Below, piece after piece: positions 19,643-29,789 of a DNA stretch of 64,000 bases. Both the position numbers and the translations under genes were made by a program. The notes under the pieces were generated by a model that worked only from the letters and a program-made list of their open reading frames with translations, was not told the DNA's origin and did not search any database. The stretch is from Planctomycetota bacterium (GTDB lineage: Bacteria; Planctomycetota; B15-G4): the NCBI GenBank assembly GCA_029259695.1, contig JAJDEQ010000062.1, positions 4,620 to 68,619 on the forward strand, written 5' to 3'. Within the stretch, counting starts at the first letter, position 1, and every line of letters starts with the position of its first letter.

Positions 19643-20917
19643 GTGCTCGACATCAAGACCGTTCGTGACCGGCTCGACGACGTGCGAGCCGGCGCCGCCC
19701 TGAAGCGCATCTCCTGCGACCTCGACGCCCTGGTGGATGTCGACGAGCAGCGGCGCCAGCTGATCCGTGCCGTCGAGGACGCCAAGGCCGAGCAGCGTCG
19801 GCGCAGCAAGGCCCTGGGCACGCTGTCACCGGAGGAGCGGCAGGCGGAAGTGGCCGCCCTGGGGCAACTCAAAGCGACGATGAAGGCCGAGGAGGCCCGG
19901 CTCGACGAGGTGCTCGAGCGCTGGCACGGTCTGATGCTCACCGTGCCCAACATCCCCGCAGCCGAGGTGCCGGCCGGCGCCACCGATGCGGAGAACGTCG
20001 AACTGCGGCGGGTCGGCGAGCCGACCCCTTTCTCCTTCGAGCCGAAGGACCACGTGGAGTTGGGACAGTCGCTGGGACTGCTCGACATCGAACGCGGCGT
20101 GAAGCTGTCCGGCACGCGCTTCTACGTCCTGCGCGGCGCCGGCGCGCTGTTGCACCGCGCGGTGCTGTCGCTGGCCTTCGACCACATGGTGGCCCAGGGC
20201 TTCGTGCCCATGGAGGTCCCGGTGCTGGTGCGCGACCCGGCCATGGTGGGCACGGCGTACTTCCCGGGCGGGGAGGAGCAGGCCTATCGCCTGGACCGGG
20301 ATCAGCTCAACCTCGTGGGCACGGCAGAGGTCCCGCTGACCTCGTTCCGCAGTGAGGAGATCCTCGACCTGGAGGAGCTGCCGCTGCGCATGGTCGCCCA
20401 GTCGGCCTGCTTCCGGCGTGAGGCCGGTGCAGGGGGCAAGGACACGCGCGGCCTGTATCGCATCCACCAGTTCCAGAAGGTGGAGCAGGTCGTCGTGCTG
20501 CCGGCGGACGAAGAGGCGTCGCGGGTCGAACACGAGGCCATCGTGGGACACGCCGAGGCCGTGCTGCAGAAGCTGGAGCTGCCCTACCGGGTGGTGAACG
20601 TGTGCGGCGGCGACCTGGGTGTGCCCCAGGTCCAGAAGTTCGACATCGAGACCTGGATGCCGTCACGCGGAGCCTTCTGCGAGACGCACTCCGCATCGCG
20701 CTTCCACGACTTCCAGGCCCGGCGACTCAACCTGCGCTACCGCGACGAGAACGGCCGCATCCGCTTCTGCTACACGCTCAACAACACGGTGGTGGCCAGT
20801 CCGCGGGTGCTGATCCCGATCCTCGAGATCTACCAGCAGGCCGACGGCAGCGTCGTCGTGCCCACCGCCCTGCGTCCCTACATGGGCGGCCTGCAGGTCA
20901 TCGAGCCCGGCGCCTGA
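19643..20917 (+). CDS. serS: Serine--tRNA ligase
   Basis: MLDIK, GTAEVPL, FRREAG, GLYRIHQFQKVE, YTLNNT. Confidence 0.97.
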   Translation: MLDIKTVRDRLDDVRAGAALKRISCDLDALVDVDEQRRQLIRAVEDAKAEQRRRSKALGTLSPEERQAEVAALGQLKATMKAEEARLDEVLERWHGLMLTVPNIPAAEVPAGATDAENVELRRVGEPTPFSFEPKDHVELGQSLGLLDIERGVKLSGTRFYVLRGAGALLHRAVLSLAFDHMVAQGFVPMEVPVLVRDPAMVGTAYFPGGEEQAYRLDRDQLNLVGTAEVPLTSFRSEEILDLEELPLRMVAQSACFRREAGAGGKDTRGLYRIHQFQKVEQVVVLPADEEASRVEHEAIVGHAEAVLQKLELPYRVVNVCGGDLGVPQVQKFDIETWMPSRGAFCETHSASRFHDFQARRLNLRYRDENGRIRFCYTLNNTVVASPRVLIPILEIYQQADGSVVVPTALRPYMGGLQVIEPGA

Positions 20918-20936
20918 ACGGGCGGGCCGGGAGAGA

Positions 20937-21911
20937 TCAACCGCCGCCGGGCGTGTCGAAGAGCCCGGGGAACGGGTTGCCTCCGCCACCGCCACCGCCG
21001 CCGGGGAACGGGAAACCCGGATCACCACCCGATCCGGAGCCGCCGCCGCCCTCCTCGCCCCCGTTCTCGAGTTGCTCGGCCAGATCGTCGTTGTCCTGGC
21101 CGGACCCTGCACCCGCGCCGCCGCCGGGCAGGTTCGCCGCGCTGAAGGTCGGCACGAGCGGGCGCACGCGCATGCACAGATCGCTGTCGGGGAGCAGGGG
21201 GATCACGCGCCGGTAGCTGATGGTGCGATCGCTACCCTCGGAGAGTTCGATGGTGCGTGGCACGACCTCCAGCCGGAGATCGATCTCGACCGCTGCGGGG
21301 AGCGCGTGCCGCTCCTCGGCGTCCCACTCCGAGAGGCGCTCGGCGTACTCGTCGAACTCCTCGAGGTAGCGCAGCTTGAACGAGACCACGCGGTCGTGCA
21401 GCAACTCGTAGCCGCCGTCTTCGAGGGGCTCTTCGTCCACGTGGAAGCTCTGTCGACGGTAGAGCTCCATCACGTCGGGAAGTTGCGGGTTGCGCCGCAG
21501 GCGGTAGCCCGACTCGCACAGGTCCGACACCACCTCCCGTTCGTCGATGCGCCGGCTGGTGGAGCTGTCGACGGTGGTGATGAAGAGGATCGAGTCGGCG
21601 TGCTCCCCGTTGATCGTGCGCTCCTCGCCCTTGAACACGAGGTCGTCCTTGATGTTCATCAACCACAGGCGCTTCAGGTCGGACTGGATCACGTCGAGGA
21701 TCTCAGGCCCGACGCGCGCGACGCGCGCCTCGTTCTCGAGCTGATCGCGTGCCCGCAGGGTCGCGTTGAGCACCGAGTACATGGCCACCATGACCAGCGA
21801 AGTGATCGCCAGGGCGACCATGATCTCCATCAGGGTCATGCCGTCGCGACCGCCGCCGCGCCTGCGCGGTGCGGGGACGGAGTGCTGGGAGGACGCTGTG
21901 CTCGTCTTCAC
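20937..21911 (-). CDS. gspJ: T2SS minor pseudopilin GspJ-like with Gly-rich tail
   Basis: Prepilin motif G|MTLMEIMVALAI; WD..LPAAVEIDL; last gene of the cluster. Confidence 0.7.
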   Translation of the reverse strand: MKTSTASSQHSVPAPRRRGGGRDGMTLMEIMVALAITSLVMVAMYSVLNATLRARDQLENEARVARVGPEILDVIQSDLKRLWLMNIKDDLVFKGEERTINGEHADSILFITTVDSSTSRRIDEREVVSDLCESGYRLRRNPQLPDVMELYRRQSFHVDEEPLEDGGYELLHDRVVSFKLRYLEEFDEYAERLSEWDAEERHALPAAVEIDLRLEVVPRTIELSEGSDRTISYRRVIPLLPDSDLCMRVRPLVPTFSAANLPGGGAGAGSGQDNDDLAEQLENGGEEGGGGSGSGGDPGFPFPGGGGGGGGNPFPGLFDTPGGG

Positions 21912-22510
21912 TTGAGGTTGCTCTGTTGCTCTTCGTCGAGGATCGCTGGGATGAACGTCTCCAGCGTGAGTTCCTCGTCCTGGTCGCCCAGGAGGCTGGG
22001 GTAGTGCATCACGATCTTGAAGCGGCGCACGGCGTGGGGATCGAACTCGGGTTCCTCGTTGGTGGCCGCGTCACCCGGGACGAAGGCCGTCTCGAACTCG
22101 CCGAAGCCGCCCGACACGTTCAGTTCGTCGTCCTCGTCCGAGGCCCGACCGGTGGAGAGGTTGAACTCCTCGACCGTCAGTGTGTAGCGGTAGACCGGGT
22201 CGTCCTCGATCACGCTCTCGTACTCGTTCCAGGTGTCGGTGCTGAGCATCGACCGGGCCAGGATCTGCTCGGCGTACTGCAACGCCTGGATCTGCTTGCC
22301 CGCCTTGAACGCCAGGTTCGAGCTCACCTCCCGGGCCTGGAGGATCTGTGCCGAAGCCCAGCCCACCACAAGCAGGGCGAACATGACCTCGAGCAGCGTG
22401 AAACCGGCCTGGGCCGGGCCGGGTCGCGACGGGTCGGCCCCGGGGCGGCCGGGCGTGGGCCCCAGCGGCGTGGCCGGGTGCGCTCCGGGTTGGTCAACGG
22501 AACGAGGCAT
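21908..22510 (-). CDS. gspI: T2SS minor pseudopilin GspI-like
   Basis: AG|FTLLEVMFALLVV prepilin motif; gene order. Confidence 0.65.
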   Translation of the reverse strand: MPRSVDQPGAHPATPLGPTPGRPGADPSRPGPAQAGFTLLEVMFALLVVGWASAQILQAREVSSNLAFKAGKQIQALQYAEQILARSMLSTDTWNEYESVIEDDPVYRYTLTVEEFNLSTGRASDEDDELNVSGGFGEFETAFVPGDAATNEEPEFDPHAVRRFKIVMHYPSLLGDQDEELTLETFIPAILDEEQQSNLK

Positions 22511-23174
22511 CGGTGATCTCCTCGAGTTCTTCGGTGCTGCCTTCGATGATGTCGTAGCCCGTGCCGAGCCCGCGGACCCGGATGGTGAGCACCTCGGTGT
22601 CGGGGAACTCGGGGTTGTGCAGCACGACCTGGTGGGGGCCGATGTGCCCCAGGGCCGAGATCGGGAACTCCACCACGCCATCCTCCCGGGTCTCCCCGTC
22701 GGCCAGCCGGACCTCTCGGATCTGCACGTTGGGATTCGTGCGACGCAGGTCCTGGACGGGCGTCTTGCCCGGACCCTTGGGGACCCCTTCGTCGTCCATC
22801 AGGTAGGGGAAGTAGGCTTCGCAGCCCTGGCGATCGATGTCGTAGGAGAAGACCAACGGGCGGTGGTTCAACAGCGCGTAGATGCGCATCTGTTCCACCG
22901 CGGCACCGAAGACCTTGGCCGTGGCCTTGAGTCGCGACTGGGGCAGCAGCGCCTCGTTGCGAAAGACGATCGTGGTCATCGCCAGACCGAGGATCGTGAC
23001 CACGACCATCAACTCGATCAGCGTGAAGCCGCGTGGCTCGGCGCCACGAACGCGGCACCGGGCGCAGGTCGACGTGACCGGCAACGGCCGGCGTGGGCCG
23101 TCCCGGCGTGCGTCCAGCCCGGCGTGGCGTGCGCCGGGGGACCTGCTCTCGATCTCAGACGTCGTCGAAGTCAT
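22494..23174 (-). CDS. gspH: T2SS minor pseudopilin GspH-like (start uncertain)
   Basis: RG|FTLIELMVVVTILG prepilin motif; follows gspG. Confidence 0.65.
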   Translation of the reverse strand: MTSTTSEIESRSPGARHAGLDARRDGPRRPLPVTSTCARCRVRGAEPRGFTLIELMVVVTILGLAMTTIVFRNEALLPQSRLKATAKVFGAAVEQMRIYALLNHRPLVFSYDIDRQGCEAYFPYLMDDEGVPKGPGKTPVQDLRRTNPNVQIREVRLADGETREDGVVEFPISALGHIGPHQVVLHNPEFPDTEVLTIRVRGLGTGYDIIEGSTEELEEITDASFR

Positions 23175-23601
23175 CCGGGTAGGTGATGTCCTGCTCGTCG
23201 AATTCGCCGCCCTCGATGCCGTCGGCACCCAGCGAGGTGATCTTGAACTTGGAGTTCGACAGGCGCGTGTACTGCAGCTCGAACTTCCAGGCGTCCTTCA
23301 GGTCGGCGGGCTTGGCGTAGGGGTCGCCCATGTTCTTGTCGCTCTCCTGCAGCAACTCGTCGAGGCTGTCGGGGAGCTTGCTGAAGTGCCGGCGGTAGTC
23401 CTGCAGTGCACCCAGCGCGAGCTTGTTGATCTGCGCGCGGGTCGCCGTGACCTGGGCCTCACGCAGGTTGTTGTAGACCGAGCGACCCACGACGGTGAGC
23501 AGCAGGCCGAGGATCGTGATCACGACCATGATCTCGATCAGCGTGAAGCCGGCGTGGCCGGTGCGGCCTGCGGGGCGGGGGGAGGGGTTCTTGGTGGACA
23601 T
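23155..23601 (-). CDS. gspG: T2SS major pseudopilin GspG
   Basis: AG|FTLIEIMVVITILGLL, LQDYR..LPDSL..L, DAWK..QY, SLGADGIEGGE..DI. Confidence 0.85.
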   Translation of the reverse strand: MSTKNPSPRPAGRTGHAGFTLIEIMVVITILGLLLTVVGRSVYNNLREAQVTATRAQINKLALGALQDYRRHFSKLPDSLDELLQESDKNMGDPYAKPADLKDAWKFELQYTRLSNSKFKITSLGADGIEGGEFDEQDITYPDDFDDV

Positions 23602-23616
23602 CGAGAGGGACTCCGA

Positions 23617-24831
23617 TCAGGTGCTTCCGAGTTCGAGCATGGGCAGCACGATCGCCATGACGATGAAACCCACCGCGGTCGCCATGAGGACGATCAGGAT
23701 CGGTTCCAGCGCCGCGGTGAGCTTCTCGGTGGAGAGTTCGACTTCCTGCTCGTAACTCTCCGAGAGTCGATCGAGCACGGTCTCGAGCTCGCCGCTCTGC
23801 TCGCCGACGGCGATCATGTAGCCTACGGCAGGGGGGAAGATCCCGCTGCGCTTGAGGGGTGTGGAAATGTCGGCGCCCTCGAGGATGGCGCTGTGGAGGT
23901 TGTCGAGCACGCGCGCCAGCACGGCGTTGCCGACGATCTCGCGCACGATCTTGATGGCTTCGAGGATCGGCACGCCGGTCTTGAGCAGCGTGGAGAGCGT
24001 CACGGCGAAACGCGAGATGGCCTGCTTCTTGAACAGGTCGCCGAACAGCGGGAGCGAGAGCGTGAGCCGGTCGGTCTGCATGCGCCCCTTGGGTGTCCGC
24101 CGCAGGGCGCCCCAGGCCATGTTGAGCAGGATCACGCCGAGCAGCATCAGGTACCAGTAGCTCACGAAGAACTCGCTGGTGCTCTTCAGGATCAGCGTGG
24201 GCAGAGGCAGCTCGCCGCCCTTGCTCTCGACCAACACGATCAGCTTGGGCACGACGGCGGTCATCAGCACCGACACGACGATGGCACCCATCACCAGCAT
24301 GATGATCGGGTACATCAGCGCGGCCACGACGCGGTTCTTCATGCGCGACTGTTTGAGCATGAAGCTCGCCAGCCGTTCGAGGACCACGTCCAGGTTGCCG
24401 GCGGCCTCACCCGCACGGACCATGCTGATGTAGAGCGGCGGGAACACGCCGGGGTGTCCCTCGAGCGCCTCGGCGTACGAGAGCCCCTGGTTGATCTGCT
24501 CGCGCACGTTGCGAATGACCGCCTCGAGCTGGCGCGTCTCGATCTGGTCGATGATCGCCTTGAGGGCGTCGTTCAGCTGGATGCCGGAACGCATCAGCGT
24601 GGCCAGCTGGCGCGTGACCTGGGGCAGCTCGCCCTGCGTGCGCCGCCGCAGACGCCCCTGCGCGAAGCGCGAGGTCTTCTTCTTGGCGACCGACTCGATC
24701 TCGTTGATGTCCGTGACCAGCAGGCCGTCGCGTCGCAGCTTCAAGCGCGCGTCGCGCACGGTGTCGGCATCCGCGATGCCGGTCTTGACCTGCCCGGCCC
24801 CATTGAATGCCTTGTAGCTGTAGACGGGCAC
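23617..24831 (-). CDS. gspF: T2SS inner membrane platform protein GspF
   Basis: MPVYSYKA, TRQLATLM.SGI, GEAAGNLD, ALMYP, GEQSGEL, LEPILIV. Confidence 0.93.
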   Translation of the reverse strand: MPVYSYKAFNGAGQVKTGIADADTVRDARLKLRRDGLLVTDINEIESVAKKKTSRFAQGRLRRRTQGELPQVTRQLATLMRSGIQLNDALKAIIDQIETRQLEAVIRNVREQINQGLSYAEALEGHPGVFPPLYISMVRAGEAAGNLDVVLERLASFMLKQSRMKNRVVAALMYPIIMLVMGAIVVSVLMTAVVPKLIVLVESKGGELPLPTLILKSTSEFFVSYWYLMLLGVILLNMAWGALRRTPKGRMQTDRLTLSLPLFGDLFKKQAISRFAVTLSTLLKTGVPILEAIKIVREIVGNAVLARVLDNLHSAILEGADISTPLKRSGIFPPAVGYMIAVGEQSGELETVLDRLSESYEQEVELSTEKLTAALEPILIVLMATAVGFIVMAIVLPMLELGST

Positions 24832-26544
24832 CTAGATGTCGTCCTTCTGCGTGACTCGCAGGACCTCTTCGATCGTGGTAGTGCCGGCCAGGACCTTGTT
24901 CAGTCCGTCCATGCGCAGCGTGCGCAACGCATTCCGCTGGATCGCCTCGCGCTTGATGATGCTGGCGCCCGAACGATCCATCACGCGCACGCGCACGTGT
25001 TCGTCGACGGGCAGCATCTCGTACAGCGCCGTGCGATCCACGTAGCCCGAATCGAAGCAGTAGTCACAGCCGCGGCCGATGGCCACACGTCGATCGGGGA
25101 ACTGGTCGAGTTCCAGCCCCACGGACTGGATGCTCTTGAGCAGCTCCAGTTCAGGGTCGACCAGCTCCTTGCACTTGGGGCAGATCACGCGCACCAGGCG
25201 CTGGGCAATGCAGAGCAGCACCGACGATGCCACGAGGTAGGGTTCGACGCCGATGTCGAGCATGCGCGTCACCGCGCTGGCCGCATCGTTCGTGTGCAGG
25301 GTGGACAGCACGAGGTGACCGGTGAGTGCCGCGCGGATGGCGATGTCGGCGGTCTCGCCGTCGCGGACCTCGCCGATCATCATGATGTCGGGGTCCTGGC
25401 GCAGGAAGGACCGCAGGCCGGCCGCGAAGGTCAGCCCCTTCTTGGCATTGACCTGCACCTGGCTGATGCCGCTCAGGTTGTATTCGACCGGATCCTCGAT
25501 GGTGAGCACGTTCTTGTCGCTCGAGTTCATCTCGGTCAGGGCGCCGTAGAGCGTGGTCGTCTTGCCGCTACCGGTCGGCCCGGTAACGAAGATCACGCCG
25601 TGCGTGTACTGCACGTAGGTGCGCAGGATGTCTTCGTTGAACTTGTCCAGGCCGATCTCGCCGAGGCGGTACACGCGGGCGCTCTTGTCGAGCAGACGCA
25701 TGACGATGCGCTCGCCGTAGGTCGTGGGGATGGACGAGATGCGCACGTCCACGTCGTTCTCGCCGATGCGCAGGGTGGCGCGGCCGTCCTGGGGCAGCCG
25801 GCGCTCCGCGATGTCCATCTTGCCCATGACCTTGATGCGGCTGACGAACGCGTCCTGGTACTTCTTCGGCGGGGCCTCCATGTCGTACAGCACACCGTCG
25901 ATGCGGTAGCGCACCTGGAGCTTGTCGACGTAGGGTTGGATGTGGACGTCCGAGGCGCGCATCTTCAACGCCTGGAACAGGATCATGTTCACCAGCTTGA
26001 TCAGCGGCGCCTTGTTCGACGTGTCGAGGAGGTCTTCGCCCTCCTCCATGTTGTCGTCGACACGGATCAGGTCGTCCATGTCGAGGCCGCTGAGCGTCTC
26101 CTCCACCACGTCGGCCTTGGTCTTGTAGGCGCGGTTGATGAGCGATGTGATCTCGGCCTTGGGCGCCAGGACCACGTCGACCTCCATGCCCAGCGTGGTG
26201 GCCACATCGTCCACCGGGTGCAGATCGAACGGGGCGCAGGTGGCGACCATCATGGTGCCGTCGACCTGCTCCACGCCGACCAGGTTGAACGTGCGTGCCA
26301 TGTGCACCGGCACACGGTCGACGAAGTTGGTCGGGACGTCGGCGTCACGCAGATCGGGATGGAACGGGTAGGCCAGGTACTTGGCCATGAGCTTGAGCAT
26401 CTCGGGCTCGCTCAGGAAACCCTTGGTCACCAGCAGGCGGTCGAGGCCCTGGTCGGAGTCGAGCGCCAGCGCGCCGCACTCCTTCACGTCCTCGGGGATC
26501 ATGCCCCCTTCCTGGACCAGCAGTTCGCTCAGGGTGGAATCCAC
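24832..26544 (-). CDS. gspE: T2SS ATPase GspE
   Basis: ASDVHIQP, DIAERRLPQDG, GPTGSGKT, LRQDPDIMMIGEVRD, TGHLVLSTLHTN, CPKC..CDYC. Confidence 0.95.
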   Translation of the reverse strand: MDSTLSELLVQEGGMIPEDVKECGALALDSDQGLDRLLVTKGFLSEPEMLKLMAKYLAYPFHPDLRDADVPTNFVDRVPVHMARTFNLVGVEQVDGTMMVATCAPFDLHPVDDVATTLGMEVDVVLAPKAEITSLINRAYKTKADVVEETLSGLDMDDLIRVDDNMEEGEDLLDTSNKAPLIKLVNMILFQALKMRASDVHIQPYVDKLQVRYRIDGVLYDMEAPPKKYQDAFVSRIKVMGKMDIAERRLPQDGRATLRIGENDVDVRISSIPTTYGERIVMRLLDKSARVYRLGEIGLDKFNEDILRTYVQYTHGVIFVTGPTGSGKTTTLYGALTEMNSSDKNVLTIEDPVEYNLSGISQVQVNAKKGLTFAAGLRSFLRQDPDIMMIGEVRDGETADIAIRAALTGHLVLSTLHTNDAASAVTRMLDIGVEPYLVASSVLLCIAQRLVRVICPKCKELVDPELELLKSIQSVGLELDQFPDRRVAIGRGCDYCFDSGYVDRTALYEMLPVDEHVRVRVMDRSGASIIKREAIQRNALRTLRMDGLNKVLAGTTTIEEVLRVTQKDDI

Positions 26545-26546
26545 GG

Positions 26547-28811
26547 CTAGCCTCCGCCGTCGCCGCCGAAGCCGAAGACATCGTCGAAGCTGGGCGAGTT
26601 GTTCTGCTGCGGCGGGGCCGCCGGCGGAACGAAGGGCCGCGGATCGATCACGTCGAGGGCCGCGGGCGACACCTGCTCGACGCTCGCGCCGCTGGTGGGG
26701 ATGGCCGCACTGGGCATGTCGAAGGCCGTGTCGATGCGCGAGTCCAGCGGACGCAGGTCCGCGTCGGTGCCGGCCACGCCATAGGCCGCCGTGAGCTGGC
26801 TGACGTTGCCGCCCAGGCGCTCATAGTCGAGCTTGCGTGCCTCGCTGATCTCGTCCAGCAGAGCGAAGTCTGTGTCGATGATGTGGGGCGTGATGAACAC
26901 GTACAGGTAGCGGTCGGTGACGCGCTCCGAGGTCGACTGGAACAGGAAGCCGATGATCGGCAGGTCGGACAGCCACGGGATGCCGGAGCGGTTGTCGCTG
27001 TTCTCGTTGCTGACCAGACCGCCGAGCACGACGGTGTGGCCGTCGGGCAGCGTGACCGGTGTCTCGATCTCGCGACGGATGACGTCCGGTGGCGCGCCTT
27101 CGAGTCCCGAACTCGGGTCCTGGAAGTTGCTCACCTCGATGCGCACGTGGAGGCTGAGGTAGTTGCCGGCGGAGATGGTGGGGGAGATCCGCAGCAGGAT
27201 GCCCGCCTCGACCGTCTCGAAGTCGAAGTCCTGCGCCCCGCTCTGCAGCACGGTCGACGTGCGGTAGGCCGTCTCCTGCTGGGTCTGGATGAACGCTTCC
27301 TGGTTGTCGTTGGTGAGCAGCGAGGGGCGTGACAGCACGCGGTTGCGCACGTCCGTCTCGAGCGCCTGGATGATCACCGGGATCGGGAAGTCCGAGCCGC
27401 TGAAGATGGCGAAGTTGCCGCCCGCGCCCTGGACCGATGCGGGCAGGTCGATCGTGCCGTCGTCGGTGAAGCCGAGCGTCGTCCCGAAGTTGGAGACGAA
27501 CGCGCCGTCGTCGAAGTCGCCGAAGGCCACACCCACGTCCAGCGCCTCGTTGATCGTGCGCCCGGTCTCCACGATGGCGGCCTCGATCAACACCTGCGGG
27601 CGGCGCACGTCCAGCTCGCGGATGATGTCCACCAGCTCGGCGTACTTGCGGTCGCTGGCGGTGATGATCACGGAGTTGCTGGCCGGGTCGGCCACCACGC
27701 TGGCCTGGATCTCCAGCCCGCTGGTGGCCGTCACGCCTGCGGCCGAGCCGGCGCCGCTGCCGCGGCCCGCCTGCGACGCCTGCTGCTCTTCCTCGAGCAC
27801 GCGTTGCAACGTCTCCACGAGTTCGCCGGCGCGCATGTTCTTGAGCCGGTAGACGTGGATGTTGCCGCGCGGTTCCACTTCGACGTCGAGCACGTCGATC
27901 CAGCGATCGATGCGCTCGACCATGTCGTCGTCGCCGGCGATCAGGAACGAGTTGCCCCGGGGTTCGGGGATGATGCGCGGTTCGAGTTCGGCGGTGCCGC
28001 CGGTGACCGCCTGGGCGTTCTGGGCCGTCTGGCCCGGCCGCAACCCGCGCGACGCGGCGAGCAGGTCGTTGAGCACCGTCTCGACCTCCTCGACCGAGGC
28101 GTGCTTCAGCTCGCGATTGCGGATCGTCGGCTGGGGCTTGAAGGGCGGCACGTCGATCAACTGGATCAGCTGGTAGGCGTACCAGACGTTGCTGCCGAAG
28201 GCGGTGATCACCAGGCTGTTGCTGTTCTCGACGTTGCGCACCTGCTCGAGCTGCTGGTCGAACATCGTGCTGAAAGTCGACATCGTCTCCCGCGCCGGGA
28301 TGTACTTCAGCGGGATCGACGTGGTGACCAGCGTGGCCGGGTTGTCCCGGAACTCGTCGAGCCGTTCGACCGGCACGACCGGGGCACCCGAGCGCGCGGC
28401 GCTGAAGCCGCCGCCTCGCGGCCCGCCGGCCGTCACGCGCTGGATCGACAGGAAGCTGCTGCCCTCGGGCCCGTAGTTCACGACGATGAACTCGTAGGCC
28501 TTCAGCACCGCCTGGAAGTACTTGTAGAAGTCGTCCGGGTGCACCCGTTGGGGACCGAGGATGCGGATGCGCACATCGCCGACTTCGGCGGGGTTGTACT
28601 TGATCGGCTGGTGCAGGATGTTCCGCGCCAGGTCGATGAAGTCCTCGAGCTTCTCGCCCTCCATCTCGTCGAATTGGATCGAGAAGTAGTTGTCCTCGGT
28701 GAACTCGATGTCCTGTGCCGACGCGGGCGGCGCGCCCAGCAGGACGAGTGCCGCGGAGAGGACGATGGCGAGCAGGGCCCGGGGGCCCTGGGACGTGGGA
28801 ACGTGGTGCAT
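26547..28811 (-). CDS. gspD: T2SS secretin GspD
   Basis: Signal peptide (ASA-Q); N-domain repeats; LDVRRPQVLIEAAIVE, GILLRISPTI, VVLGGL, GIPWLSDLPIIGFLF, FITPHII. Confidence 0.9.
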   Translation of the reverse strand: MHHVPTSQGPRALLAIVLSAALVLLGAPPASAQDIEFTEDNYFSIQFDEMEGEKLEDFIDLARNILHQPIKYNPAEVGDVRIRILGPQRVHPDDFYKYFQAVLKAYEFIVVNYGPEGSSFLSIQRVTAGGPRGGGFSAARSGAPVVPVERLDEFRDNPATLVTTSIPLKYIPARETMSTFSTMFDQQLEQVRNVENSNSLVITAFGSNVWYAYQLIQLIDVPPFKPQPTIRNRELKHASVEEVETVLNDLLAASRGLRPGQTAQNAQAVTGGTAELEPRIIPEPRGNSFLIAGDDDMVERIDRWIDVLDVEVEPRGNIHVYRLKNMRAGELVETLQRVLEEEQQASQAGRGSGAGSAAGVTATSGLEIQASVVADPASNSVIITASDRKYAELVDIIRELDVRRPQVLIEAAIVETGRTINEALDVGVAFGDFDDGAFVSNFGTTLGFTDDGTIDLPASVQGAGGNFAIFSGSDFPIPVIIQALETDVRNRVLSRPSLLTNDNQEAFIQTQQETAYRTSTVLQSGAQDFDFETVEAGILLRISPTISAGNYLSLHVRIEVSNFQDPSSGLEGAPPDVIRREIETPVTLPDGHTVVLGGLVSNENSDNRSGIPWLSDLPIIGFLFQSTSERVTDRYLYVFITPHIIDTDFALLDEISEARKLDYERLGGNVSQLTAAYGVAGTDADLRPLDSRIDTAFDMPSAAIPTSGASVEQVSPAALDVIDPRPFVPPAAPPQQNNSPSFDDVFGFGGDGGG

Positions 28812-29188
28812 GGACGCACGGCCTCCGGCCGGCCCGTGGGTCGGCGGTAGGAGATTGCGAGACTTACCCCGGAAGACGGCGATCATCGGGCCTTGGACGA
28901 GGACGATCAACGCCCTATTCCCCGCTGTTCGGGCCGTTCAGAGGGGGCTGCCGTCTTGATCGCCGGTGGACCCGGGACTACCCTCGGCCGATTCGACCGA
29001 GGCTTCGGATCCGGCCCGTCGCGTCCGCCCCCCGTGGGTTGACCGCTGCGGGGCTGACCGGTCCGGACGCGGGAGGCTGGTGCCCCCCGGCCGCGGTCGA
29101 CCGATCACGTGCAATGCGGGCGGCCCAGCGATCTGCGCTGGAACCGCCAGGGAGACACCGACCCAGTGAAGTTCTTCGAGGCCACTCC

Positions 29189-29659
29189 GTGAAGCTGTCC
29201 GAGGTTCTCGACGAAGCCGCCGTGATGCTGGACCTCGATGGCCGCACCAAGTGGGAGGCGATCGAGGTGCTCACCGACCGGCTCGTGTCGATCGGGCAGG
29301 TGGATGGTGGGCACAGGGATCCGGTGATGGCGGCCCTGGTGGCGCGCGAGAAGTCGATGTCCACCGGCATGGAGCAGGGGATCGCGATTCCCCACGCGTC
29401 GGTGGACCAGGTTCCGGCCACGGCCGTCGCCCTCGGAGTGGCCCGCCAGGGCATCGAGTTCGAGTCCATCGACGGCCGTCCCACGCAGCTCGTGATCTTG
29501 CTGGTGAACCCCAGCAACCAGACCAAGGCCCACATCCGCACCCTGGCCGAGATCGCCCGCCTGCTGTCCAGCGCCGAGCTGCGAACGGCCCTGGTGGCGG
29601 CGGATTCAGCTCGTACGGTGCTGCAGACGATCAGGGACGCGGAGGCCGCTGTGGCCTGA
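29189..29659 (+). CDS. Stand-alone PTS EIIA (fructose/mannitol/Ntr family)
   Basis: REKSMSTGMEQGIAIPHA phospho-His motif; FESIDGRP; HIRTLAEIARLL. Confidence 0.88.
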   Translation: MKLSEVLDEAAVMLDLDGRTKWEAIEVLTDRLVSIGQVDGGHRDPVMAALVAREKSMSTGMEQGIAIPHASVDQVPATAVALGVARQGIEFESIDGRPTQLVILLVNPSNQTKAHIRTLAEIARLLSSAELRTALVAADSARTVLQTIRDAEAAVA

Positions 29660-29789
29660 AGGGGAGGCAGAGGCGCGCGACCCACGGACAGGCGGTCTAC
29701 CCGCCCTGTCGCCCGCCAGCCGAGAAGTCGAGTATCCTGTCCGTGTTCGAATTCACCGGCAAAGAGATAGGCAAACCAAGGAGCACAAG

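Noticed and set aside
22882-26550. 1222-aa plus-strand ORF over gspH-E
   Set aside because: Antisense to clear T2SS genes; no motifs; stop codons are scarce at this GC content
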